Positions 39,160 to 49,978 of a stretch of DNA of 64,000 nucleotides are shown here, one piece after another. The stretch's first letter is position 1. Every line of letters starts with the position of its first letter. The DNA is taken from the NCBI GenBank assembly GCA_051530055.1, contig CM121341.1:12068784-12132783 (forward strand). Direction: 5' to 3'. A program made the translations under genes and the position numbers. Below the pieces are notes generated by a model. The model was not told where the DNA came from. It saw only the letters and a program-made list of their open reading frames with translations, and made no database searches. The stretch is from Neoechinorhynchus agilis (lineage: Eukaryota > Animalia > Acanthocephala).

Positions 39160-39829
39160 TTAAATATTTGTAGTCGGCACTATACTTCCATCGGATTCAA
39201 CGCAAAAGTCATACTTGTAAGTTTCGTTTGAAGCAAGAGCTGCTTCGATTGCAAGTTCTATTTCATCGTCGGGTGTATCCTCAGTTATGAACCCTTTACC
39301 GCCGAAGACAATGGATTCATCATTTTTGAACCTTTGGATGAATTCTTCAACGTTCCATTGAATGGCATCAATTTCTTCTTGTTGCTCTTCGCTCCCAACT
39401 CTTTGATGGACTTCCATTCTCTTTGATGTCAACTCACGATTTAAGGCTTCGTTTTCCATAAAGGCACCAGAATTCAACAGTTCGTGTAGTTCAGTGATTC
39501 AAGAACTAATCTTGAGTCATTGACGTAAACTAGTTTCACCTTCGGGCTTGTGAATTCGACCTTCTTTGGACGATGCTATGGCTGCTGCTTTAAACAGCTC
39601 TGCTATGGTTGCATATTTTGTCCGGTAAATCCGGTACCATACTTTAAGTTTTGCTTTTAAATCGTCAGGATCTGGTTTAAGGACGAGAGAGCCGTGATTC
39701 AGTTGAAAGGAAAGGGGTTGGGCCAAAGGATTTTAACGAAGGAACCTAATCAAGAGAAGAAATGTTGCTTTTTTTCAAAAAAAACCTGAAATCATAATTC
39801 AGGAATTGTGTCAGCATCGAATTATTCAT
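39160..39829 (-). CDS. MRPS26: Mitochondrial ribosomal protein S26-like gene with in-frame stops that need explanation
   Basis: DPDDL...WYRIYRT..ATI.ELF and FITED...IEAALAS.ETY.Y...V.SDGSIV resemble MRPS26. The two ORFs share one frame across a 48-nt hairpin. A 41-nt GT-AG first intron is plausible. Confidence 0.65.
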
Positions 39830-40719
39830 ATTTCTATCATTTAAAGTAATTTATTAGGTACCCCTGTGCCTTTATCAAAGTTACTTGTAAGTTTTTCTAA
39901 TGAGTAAAGGCACGACGCTCCGAAATATCGTACCTAATAAATTACTTCAATTTCTTCGATGATTTTTAAAATTAAACAAAGCGATTATCATGAGAACTAT
40001 CAATCCCCGTGCATTAATGACACTAGGAAAAGGTATTACAAATCTGACCAATCAAACGAAATGTTCCACCTTAAGAGATCCACAAATATCCCGAAAATGT
40101 GGAGCATACAACTTGATAGTCCATTTTATAAAGCAGGAAGGAGATTAATAAGGAGCGGTGGCGATCATTTGCTATAAAATCACCGGTTCTTCATCGCATA
40201 GTCGGTTTCCGAACATACCAATATTTGGACGCCGAAGGTCCCAGTCTGATTGGTCGACGCCTATGAACTAGTCGACGACTAATCGTCATCAGACATTTTG
40301 TAGAAATCTCCTTAAATACAAACATCCCTCAATATTAATCCAAAGATGAACACCTCGACGCAATTTTAATTCTATAAAAAGATTACGGATTTTCAACGAT
40401 ACCCAACAAACGCTTAAATCTTTCAAAAAGCGCAACAAACAACCACCCACCCAACAAGGCTACGTTCTTGTATCTCCAACGATCAACAAAGCACACAAGT
40501 CTGCTTCTTGAAGCATTTCTTTCTGCTGTGTCGACGAACGGACGAAGCTAACAAAATTTTAACAACAGACTGGTTTAGAGCATTTACCGATAAAATTCTT
40601 CCTCCAAAATCTTCGTTTTCGAATTTTCTAACGACCATTAAGTCCTAGAACGTTATCTACTTTGTGCCGTGTTGTTGGGGTCATGGCTCACTAATCGGGG
40701 TCAGGGAAGAGCATAAAAT

Positions 40720-40900
40720 CACGGTTATGAGTTTTGTACGCATCCCGTCCGGGTTACCAGATACCTCTTGAGAAGGAGGTGGGACTCATCAGTGAGTTTT
40801 ATCTTCTCTTCAACGAGGTATTCCGTCCTCTTTGGTTATGAGTCATCGGCGATAATGGATTTTAAACCCTTTTGACCCTGAAACAGGGATTCGGGAGTGT
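40720..40900 (-). mobile_element. Diverged second-subfamily copy of the SINE/hammerhead element
   Basis: GAGGAC-GGAA-TACCTC ... CTCA-CTGATGA-GTCCC ... GAGGTA-TC-TGG. Confidence 0.75.
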
Positions 40901-41078
40901 GATTCAGGGTTATTAAGTTATTGTATGCGCTGCCCTGACCCAGATCATCAGCCGAGTAAGGAATTTTCACAACACTTTTAGAAAAAAATGTAACCGGTTT
41001 GCCAGAAAACATAAAATAATTCAATACTTGTCCCACGGTCTAAAAACTGGAAGAGTTTGTTGTACATTCCATAGTTTT

Positions 41079-41185
41079 GCTGAGGTGGCCAGTGGACTTT
41101 AGGCCCGAATTACTGTTTGAGGGTCAAAAGGGTTCAAAATCCATTATCGACGATGCCTATAACCAAAGGGGACGAAATACCGTTG
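41079..41185 (+). mobile_element. 5' half of a SINE copy, truncated by the Penelope insertion
   Basis: Box A TGGCCAGTGG, box B-like GGTTCAAAATCC, GGGGAC-GAAA-TACC; inverted relative to 40830-40890. Confidence 0.75.
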
Positions 41186-42500
41186 TAGACCTGTTCGCAA
41201 CCGGAACACGGAATTCGGTAGACGGCACCAGATGAGTGTTGGCCATTCTTGGGACATATCAGTCCATGTAGAGTGCGTCCCCTCTTAGTGAATACATCTA
41301 CTCGCTTGGCCTCACATCCCGATTTTATGATGCGCTCCATTGTATGAAACGAGCGATCATCAGGAGATGGCAGCTCGACAAACATCGCTTCCTTTGTTGA
41401 CTTCGTTTCCTTGTTGAAGGTGTGGCGTACATTCCGAATGCACCGCACTGGGAGAGCGAACATTTGTCGTCGATACAGGGGGTGAAGATCTGGTTCCGAT
41501 ATTTGGATGACACGTTCTTGTTGATCGACCCGTCGGAGACGAACACGAACTGAATGGGATGGACAGTAATATTCAGTGGACGATCGAGGAGGAGGACCAT
41601 AGTACGTTTCCCGTCCTGGATGTAAAGATAGCCCGGTTAACCAGTGGAAAATACACGACCAGCGTATACCGAAAGAAAGGTATACCTGTGGGCCTTGTGC
41701 CATGGACATCAGCCCAACCTCGCAAATACAAAATTTCGAGGATCAGGTCACTGGTCCACCGCGCTCTTACACACTGTAGCGACGCTAGGCTGTGTAATGA
41801 GGAGATTGACTTCCTGAAATACCTATCAGGTCGATATGGCTATCCACTCCATCTTGTTGAACGGTGCATTCGGAATGTACGCCACACCTTCAACAAGGAA
41901 ACGAAGTCAACAAAGGAAGCGATGTTTTTCGAGCTGCCATTTCCTGATGATCGCTCGTTTCATACAATGGAGCGCATCATCAAATCGGGATGTGAGGCCA
42001 AGCGAGTAGATGTATTCACTAAGAGGGGACGCACTCTACATGGACTGATATGTCCCAAGAATGGCCAACACTCATCTGGTGCCGTCTACCGAATTCCGTG
42101 TTCCGGTTGCGAACAGGTCTATGTGGGACAGACCAATAATTTCAACCGACGAATGAACGAGCACAGGTCATCAATTGCACGTAATACGGACATCAGTTCC
42201 GCAGTGGTGACCCATGCAAAAAACACAGGTCACACTATCGATTTTAGTGGTGCGACTACCCTCGTTTGCAACGATTGTCGTTTCGATCGAATTATCGTGG
42301 AAGCCCTCTACATAGATGCTTTCGAAAGGTTCAATGGTAACAAGTCGGATTTCAAGCTGAGATTGAGACTTCCGCCGGATATTATTAGACACTAAGTGAT
42401 TGACAATCCCTGTTTGTGTTTTTCAGATACTGAAGAATATCCGAGATAGAGGATCGAAATATTTAATTTAATTAAATTTAATTACTTTCTCCACTCGAAC
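41186..42500 (+). mobile_element. 5'-truncated Penelope element with an inverted internal duplication
   Basis: ORF 41559-42395 has the RT thumb (FPVLDVKI) and GIY-YIG (AVYRIPCSGCEQVYVGQT). 41186-41455 is an inverted copy of ~41860-42120. A degenerate hammerhead lies at 42426-42460. Confidence 0.92.
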
Positions 42501-42949
42501 AAAACATTATTTCCAATAGTCCCGGTTAAAGACTCTTTTATTGTCAGCAAATATTTCGAAAGAGGATCAGTCATTGTTAAAGTATTGAGAAGTAATAAAA
42601 AAAGTTATGTAGCCTTTTCGCAATGAAGGTTAATAAAGGAATCTTTAACCGGGGATTATGTTCACCACCATTCAATATTTACCATCCCGAAAGATGCACA
42701 ATAGACTTTTCATAAGTTTAAATAGATCTAAAAAGTGAATTTTGGTTTTAAGTACCAACGAACGCGTCCTGTGCTCTACTTGTCGCACTTTTAATGTGTG
42801 AATTTCTTATAGAATTTCGGTTTACTTATATAAAAATGTGCATTTAATGGACTAGGAGTATTAATTGAATACCGTTCAACTTCTTCGATGATCTAATTTA
42901 ACAATAGTAATGAAATATGACTTTTCAATGATCTCAAAAGACATTTTAG

Positions 42950-43373
42950 GTTCACGTCCATTCCACTTTATCCGTCCAACAGAAAAACTAATAAGCTTCT
43001 TTATTTACATTTTCGTGAAAATCAACTAGCCGAAGACTCCAGGATCGTATTAACGATGTTTCCCATAGTTAGACTTCCTGTAAAGCAGAAACATCCGACG
43101 CATATCATTATGTATGCCACTGAGATTCCTTCTCTAAATAAAATATATGATAGCGAAACCGGTAAGGAATTTATCGATAAATCTGATATAAATCGAAATT
43201 GCGATTCTAAGCAGGAGGGTGCCGCCTATATTGCTTTCGCAGTGATTGAGATCGACACTGGTTATCCCTTAAGCGAAAATAAGAACCGTCTGACGGCCAC
43301 ATCGTTCAAAATGCGATTGAATTCCAACTTTTATTTCATGTTTTCTTTCCGAAAATTGACACATGATAAATAA
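42950..43373 (+). CDS. Unknown coding exon of ~140 aa
   Basis: The frame is open from a TTTTAG acceptor at ~42949 through the 43056-43373 ORF; no recognised motif. Confidence 0.35.
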
Positions 43374-43377
43374 TTAT

Positions 43378-44347
43378 CTATATTCTCGATCTTTCGCTAA
43401 CAAAATTTCCGCTTTGATGTCGCTTCGTTAACGTAAACTTCACATATCCACGCGAATTTATAAATTCCTTAGGAAGCCATAAAACGGCGAAAGCTCGAGA
43501 ATAAAGATATTTCCTTATCAAGTGTCAATTTTGAAAAAAATTTTGATTAATCAAACTTCTGGAAATCAAGTAGTATTTCACAAGAGTATCAATTTTTGGT
43601 TTGTTTAAAACGGTGGCTGAACGAATTTCTAAAAAAAGTGCAAATGTCTCATTGAAATTTTTTGCTAAAATCCCTACAATTTTAGGACTCATCTAAATGC
43701 TCAACAAAGCTCGATTAAATGCTTTCAACGGTTCTAAAACCGGTTTAAATGATCAAATTGCTGAAATTTCGCAGTGATTGAGATCGCCAGTGGATATTTT
43801 GCGGGTGATTTGAGAGCGTAAACCGCCTGTAATTTTTAGACTCACCTTAACGCTCTTAACGAATGAGCGACTCCTGCGAAGACGGATGCATTTGTAGCGA
43901 TCATAGCCGAGTACCAGAAACTCACTGTTCTTCTATCGAGCCACATCCAGTAAAGAACACTTAATGTGATCAAAACCGTGCAAAATTGAGCAAACGACGA
44001 GAAAGTGACTTCAGCGCAGAGTGAGTTCATTCCGATAAAGAACATTAGTGATTTGCAGGCTGTCATGATTTTCCGATTAAAAGACGGTTGTTTTTGTCCG
44101 TTTACCGGATAAGTCAGTGCTATCAATAAAGCTGCAAAAGAGCACATGAAAGGGATCGCAATGAGTTGGACTAAATGTTTTAAGGTTAAGTTATTAAACG
44201 GATCGACAAATAGAATACGCCTCCCCACAATGCCATGATCCCTTTTTTGTTGAGAACGCTCTCGTATTGGGTTATGACCATGCTGACGGTCATTATGAAG
44301 GCGATCGAGAATAGCCAAATCATCTTGTGGATCGAATCCGCCATCAT
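43378..44347 (-). CDS. INSIG: Insulin-induced gene (INSIG) homolog, 3 exons
   Basis: IPFMCSFAALLIALTYP, CKSLMFFIGMNSLCAEVTF, LSVLYWMWLDRR align with INSIG TM motifs. Last exon 43513-43378 (YLYSRAFAVLWLP) follows an AG|GTGAGT donor. Confidence 0.8.
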
Positions 44348-44649
44348 CGTCGGCTTCAGTGAGTACAAACTCACGCTTTTAACTTGGCCGCTGACTTAAA
44401 AGTGAGTCGTAATCGAGCCAGGATCGAACGATATATGTCCGTTTTTTTAGCTCGTACGTGCTAAATCATTTCAATTTAGCAAACCTAAACAACCAAAAGT
44501 GCTGGGTTTTTTTGTCGGAGAGTGAGTTTAAGTGCGGCGTGTCGGGGGGGGTAATGACACACTAAGGAATGATTCGCGAGATCCAAGTTGTCGTAACAAA
44601 GACGCAAACGAAGAATTGCGTGCTTTGCGTTTTACCATTTAAAAACGTT

Positions 44650-45260
44650 CTCTTTTTCATGATAAAGGATTTTGTTTGGATTAAACCCGTTTTGATCACT
44701 AATCAAATCGATTTGTGTCACATATTGAAGAATTCAAGGGTTATCCGATTAAAATAAGGACATTTTTTGCGCCGAAAGGATGTTATCTACTATAAAGGGG
44801 ACTGAAAGAGAAAACATTTTTAATCGTTTGTTTTATAGCCGTTCTCTTTTTTAATGATAAAGGATTTTGTTTGGATTCAACCCGTTTTGATCGCTAATCA
44901 AATCGATTTGTGTCACATATTGAAGAATTCAAGGGTTGTCCGATTAAAATAAGGACATCTCTTGATTAGATTCTAAATGACGGTATCTACTATAAACGAG
45001 ATTGAAAGAGAAAACATTTTTAATCGTTAATTTTATAGCCGTTCCCTTTTTGGCGACGAAGGATTTTGTAATCGATTTGTGTCAAATATTGAAGAATTCA
45101 AGGGCAATCCAATTAAAATAGGGAAGGGGAGAAAACATTCTTAATCCTAACTTTTATAGCTGTTCCATTGGAATGATAGAGGATTTTGTTTGAAGTAAAC
45201 ACTCTTTTATCGTTAATCGAATCGATTTGTGTCAAATATTCATGAACTTAAGGGTATTCC
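44650..45260. repeat. Degenerate tandem repeat, ~4 copies of a ~190-bp unit
   Basis: AAGGATTTTGT...AATCGATTTGTGTCA.ATATTGAAGAATTCAAGGG recurs at ~44665, 44860, 45060 and 45180. Confidence 0.8.
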
Positions 45261-45469
45261 GTAAGAGATTCGTATTTTTTTCCAAATTAATCCTTACAGA
45301 GTCCTATTCTCAAAAGGTTTTAATTTTACCGTTCTAAAACGATAATTGATTGCAAAGTTCCATCACTCCCTTGTTTTTGTCTCATTTCAAAACAAATCTG
45401 ATCAAAGCGAAGCGTAATTAGAAACGCATTATTCGTCATGGCACAGAATCTCGAATTAACGCGACATGC

Positions 45470-45595
45470 TGACGTCAGGACGATACAGATTTTCTCATGC
45501 TTCTTCCAGTTTGTGATTGGCTCTGAAGAAAAATGCTTAGCTCTGATTGGCTATAACATTAGTCTATGAAACTTTTATTAGTTTTTTTAATTGGT
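45470..45595. promoter_or_regulatory. Putative promoter with a CRE palindrome and three inverted CCAAT boxes
   Basis: TGACGTCA at 45470-45477; ATTGG at 45516, 45546 and 45590; lies between the divergent INSIG and ISYNA1 genes. Confidence 0.45.
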
Positions 45596-45959
45596 TGTTG
45601 TAAAGAAGTTGTTTTCGTGGATGCATTTTGTTTGGTGTGATATTGAGATTTATTAATTCCCTTTGTGACAATATTTCGTCCGTTTCGTAAGACTTCTTTA
45701 GGTTTTTTGGAAGTAGATGAATCTAAACTAATAAATCTCTATATCGCCAAACAAAATATAATTCCAATTAAGCAGTACGGCCTGTTCGATTTTCTGTAAT
45801 CAGAAGACTGCAAAAAACGAAGCAATTTTAATTCCTGGATTGATACTGAGCTGACGAAAGCAAATTTGTTTTCCTGATAGGTAAAATAGTGCAGGTATCA
45901 TTTGTGTTTTTTCTTTATCATTTTCTAAAGTTTCCCGTCTCCGTGTCGCACTTCGTAGA

Positions 45960-48271
45960 ATGTCACAATCTCTGATGGTGCATTCAGAATCGAACTGTTC
46001 AATAACCGATCGATACATTGAGTCTACTTACACCTACGAACACAGCATTGCACGAAAAACGGATGATGGACAGATCCGTGTAGCTACCGAGCGAGTCCCG
46101 ATGGTTATCCGAACAGACAAAACTGCACCTAAAAAATTAGGGGTTCTTATAGTCGGCATTGGTGGAAACAATGGATCAAGTCTGATCGCAATGCACTTTG
46201 CAAACAAGCGAAAGATTTCTTGGCGTACAAAGAACGGGGATCAACAAGCAAACTATTACGGTTCCTTGACTCAATCTGGAACACTTTATGTAGGATCAGA
46301 TTATGCAACCGGTAAACTTATCTACGCTCCTTTTCAATCATTTTTACCAATGGTTTGTCCGGATGATATCGTATTTGGAGGATGGGACATTCGAAGAGCT
46401 GACCTCTGGCTTGCAGCGAAATATGCCCGAGTAATGGACCCTGAAATGCTCGATAAAGTACAAAATGACCTTCAATCAATAAAACCAATGAAAGCCCTGT
46501 TCGACGTTCAGTTCGTCAATGCGAATCAAACAGAAAGATGCGATAACCTCAAATCCGGTTCACGATACGTACTCGTGGATCAAATCCGAGACGATATTAG
46601 ACAATTCAAAGCTGCTAATCGTCTCGATAATGTGATTGTTGTGTGGATGGCGAACACTGAACGGTATTGCGATGTAAGAAACGGACTGAATCTCACTGAA
46701 AGTGAACTTATGGCATCGCTAATAAGAAACGAATCCGAAATCTCTCCGTCTACTCTATATGGCATTGCTTCTGTTCTCGAAGGATGTGCTTACATTAACG
46801 GGTCGCCGCAAAACACTTTTGTTCCTGGTCTTATTGAATTGGCCGAACGTCTTCAAGTGCCAATAATTGGCGACGATTTAAAAACGGGACAAACAAAGGT
46901 GAAATCTGTACTTGTGGATTTCCTTGTTTCCGCTGGAATGAAACCTTTGTCCATTGTCAGTTATAACCATCTCGGAAATAATGACGGGCTTAATTTGTCT
47001 GCCTTCAAGCAGTTCAGAAGCAAAGAGGTAAGAGAGGTTAAGATAAAATTAAGCCGAAATTTATATCGATTGTTGTATTTTAGATCAGCAAAAGCAGTGT
47101 AAAGAACATCCGATTCCACCAATCATTTCTATGGCAGTTTTTCCGATTTGGGTTTACTTGTGTGTGGCTATAGTTTAGCATTTTGATATTCAACCTAACA
47201 AAATTAGAGAATAACATCGTAGATGGCCTTCTTCGACTCGAGTACTTATCGTAATCTTCTAGCTTTTAATTTTACCTTAAATTCTTAGCCATTAATAACT
47301 ATTTTGATCAAACGAAGGCGTAAACCTGTAGTGGTGCATTGAATATCAAAAACTCTAAGGTGCGTAATTTTAGGTTGAACTTTTAGTTAGGAGAGAAAAT
47401 ACAAGTGGATTTTGATCCAATAGTAATTTACACCATAGCAGTTTTTACTGAGCAAGTTTTCTATATCTCATGTGCTCGTGTTTTCGTGCAATAATTACAC
47501 CTAAGCTAATATTCGATTCCCAAAAAAGTAATTCTAAAATGACAGCCATGTCTAAAACTTCTTAAGTTCTAAAAAGGTATGTATTTGATAATAACGCCCT
47601 CTTCTTTAAAAAGCCGATCAGTGGAATACGATGTGAGTAGTTGACGACGCAATTCAAAGCAATCCTATTTTATATCCTCGAAAGTACGATAATGAAGCCA
47701 ATAAGTTATCGATTGACCACTGTATTGTCATAAAGTACGTCCCAGCCGTCGGAGACTCCAAGCGAGCCATGGACGAATACTACACGGAAATTGCTTGCGG
47801 CGGTCGCCACACTCTTGCGATTCATAATACATGCGAAGATTCTTTACTTGCAGCACCTCTAATACTCGATCTGATTCTCCTGACAGAACTCTTTTCTCGA
47901 ATGGCTTTTAGTTTGGACAAAGGTCAACATTGGTCTCAAATGCACCCAGTGTTCAGCGTTCTATCGTACCTATGCAAAGCTCCACTCGTTCCCGATGGTA
48001 CCCCAGTGGTCAATGCCCTCTTTAGTCAAAGAGCTTGCATTGAAAACCTGATCAGGTTTGTGGATTTCTTCATTTAAGGTTATTTCTGACATACTATTCA
48101 ACGAGAGTGATTTTTAGAGCTGCCGTCGGATTATCGCCGGTCAATCATATGATGCTTGAGTCTAAATTAGTCGAAATGGGCAAGATGCCAAAGCGTCTTC
48201 AAGAGAAATTATATCGAATGCGTGGAGCATGCGAACACAATCACGTACAAAATGGAGGAGATGCTCTCTGA
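45960..48271 (+). CDS. ISYNA1: Myo-inositol-1-phosphate synthase; exons 45960-47027, 47084-~47098, ~47637-48055, 48118-48271
   Basis: [69 protein letters not shown]. Confidence 0.97.
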
Positions 48272-48944
48272 AAAGAAAAATGGATTTTTTTAATAAATAA
48301 CTAACAGTTGGCGCAAGGCTGTACTTTATTACGCTTCTGAGTTTTCCAATCGGTGGGTTCAATTTGAAATCTTATAGACGTTCTAGGGATGATTTATGTA
48401 TTGTGAATCTTTCAGAAGACCATGTTTTCTGTTTATTGATAATCATATTGAGCTGCATGTCAAAATTAATAAGAAATCGATCAGTTCTATTTTAAAGACT
48501 TAATTTTAGCTCAGTTATGAGCATTAAGTAAGATTTCGTTGGATTTTAGGGCTCTCTGGAAACTCCCATGCCGCAATGTACATTTCTTAGAATGTGAATT
48601 GAGTTCAGTCAAAAGGAATAAAAATGATGCAGAAATCTTAGTAACTTTTAAATAATGATCAAATAAATGTATTCAATCAATCTTCATTTCTCGACAATTA
48701 ACACACTCACCACCTCCCGCCGAATTCCAGCTTTTGTCCTTCCTCGACCGTCGCCATCACACTGGCAGCATTGCACGATTAGCGCTCCCTTTTAGGAAAA
48801 TAATCAGGTTTTTGCGTTTGATCCTAACAAAATGATTTGTTTTTTATGAAGATTGGCCGGCCGGTAACTTATATCAATGTGTGGATCGCACGGCCCGCCG
48901 ATTTGGTTCAGAGAAGTAATTTAATTACTCAATGCACTGAACCA

Positions 48945-49134
48945 TCCGGTACGAGTTTGTACGCATTCCTCCGGATCCTCAGATACCTCCCGAGGAGGCG
49001 GGACTCATCAGTGAGTTTCCTCCCTTCAGCGGTATTTCGTACCCTTTGGCTGTGCGTCATTGGTACTAATGGATTCGAACCACTGGACCCTTAATCGGGA
49101 TCACGGGCATTAGACCACTTGACCACCTCGACAC
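48945..49134 (-). mobile_element. tRNA-SINE/hammerhead copy
   Basis: Near-identical to 14200-14379; the stem II' strand reads GGTAC in this copy. Confidence 0.8.
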
Positions 49135-49737
49135 AACTACGAAATGTACAAACTCAGCCAATTTTATATTTATTAATTCAAGGCCATTGAATTAGGATCT
49201 TTTCATGAAGATTGGCCAGCCGGTAACTTATATCAATGTGTGGCTGTTTATCACACGGCTGATAATTTTTTGGGCACACAGCCCACCGATTTGGTTCAGA
49301 GAAGTAATTCAATTACTCAATGCATTGAACCATTTGTGTTTCCCTCGTGCTTTTACTTGGATAAAGATTAAGTGGTTTTCATTAGAAACTTTAATTTCTT
49401 GATTAGTTGGTTAAATATATCTTTACCTTCCTAAGTAATCTTTCTTATCACCATTCTTGAATAGAATAAGCACAGTGCGAAATCTTTTATTGCTAGAATA
49501 TTTCGGATTTTAATCAAATCCATCTTCAGGGTGCCAATTGTAATGACGCAGAGACCAATGTGTGTTGACTTCTTTCGGGACATTATACTGTTAGTGTGGG
49601 TGTGTATGTTTTAATGTTACCCTGAAGATGGATTTAATATTATGGAAAGCCTCTTTTCCCAACACCCTCATGTTGAGGGATGAGCTGACGGACAGCGTTG
49701 CCCTCCTCTGATTCCCTTTTCAGACAACCGAAGAAAA

Positions 49738-49776
49738 GCTTCCTGACGAAGACGCAAGGCGTCGAAAATTTGAAGC
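49738..49776 (+). ncRNA. Minimal hammerhead ribozyme
   Basis: GCTTC-CTGACGA-A-GACGC/GCGTC-GAAA-AT-TT-GAAGC, then AATAAA; lies inside inverted arms 49455-49530 and 49818-49895. Confidence 0.85.
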
Positions 49777-49978
49777 AATAAACAAATAAAACACCCATTT
49801 TCCGTTCGATAATAAATCTGGAAGATGGATTTGATTAAAATCCGAAATATTTGAACAGTAAAAGATTTTGCAGTGTGTATATTCTATTCAAGAATAGTGC
49901 TAAGGAAAATTACTGAGGAGGGTGAATGTATATTTAACAAGTTGTTTTTGCCTACGCCGTTGCATTATTATCTTTTAT

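Noticed and set aside
39484-39735. Genome-wide stop-codon reassignment (TGA or TAA to Trp)
   Set aside because: All Trp codons in the long symplekin and ISYNA1 ORFs are TGG, and TGA, TAA and TAG all end other genes here.
43467-43500. Hammerhead-like CTTAGGA-A-GCC/GGC-GAAA-GC-TC
   Set aside because: The core is not CUGANGA, and the sequence is the antisense of the inferred last INSIG exon.
47100-47113. 14-mer TAAAGAACATCCGA shared between the ISYNA1 insertion start and a degenerate pLTR hammerhead at ~10325
   Set aside because: The similarity does not extend on either side and could be chance.
49060-49134. tRNA gene
   Set aside because: The T-arm and box A are present but there is no acceptor-stem pairing, and it recurs with the SINE body, so it is a SINE head.
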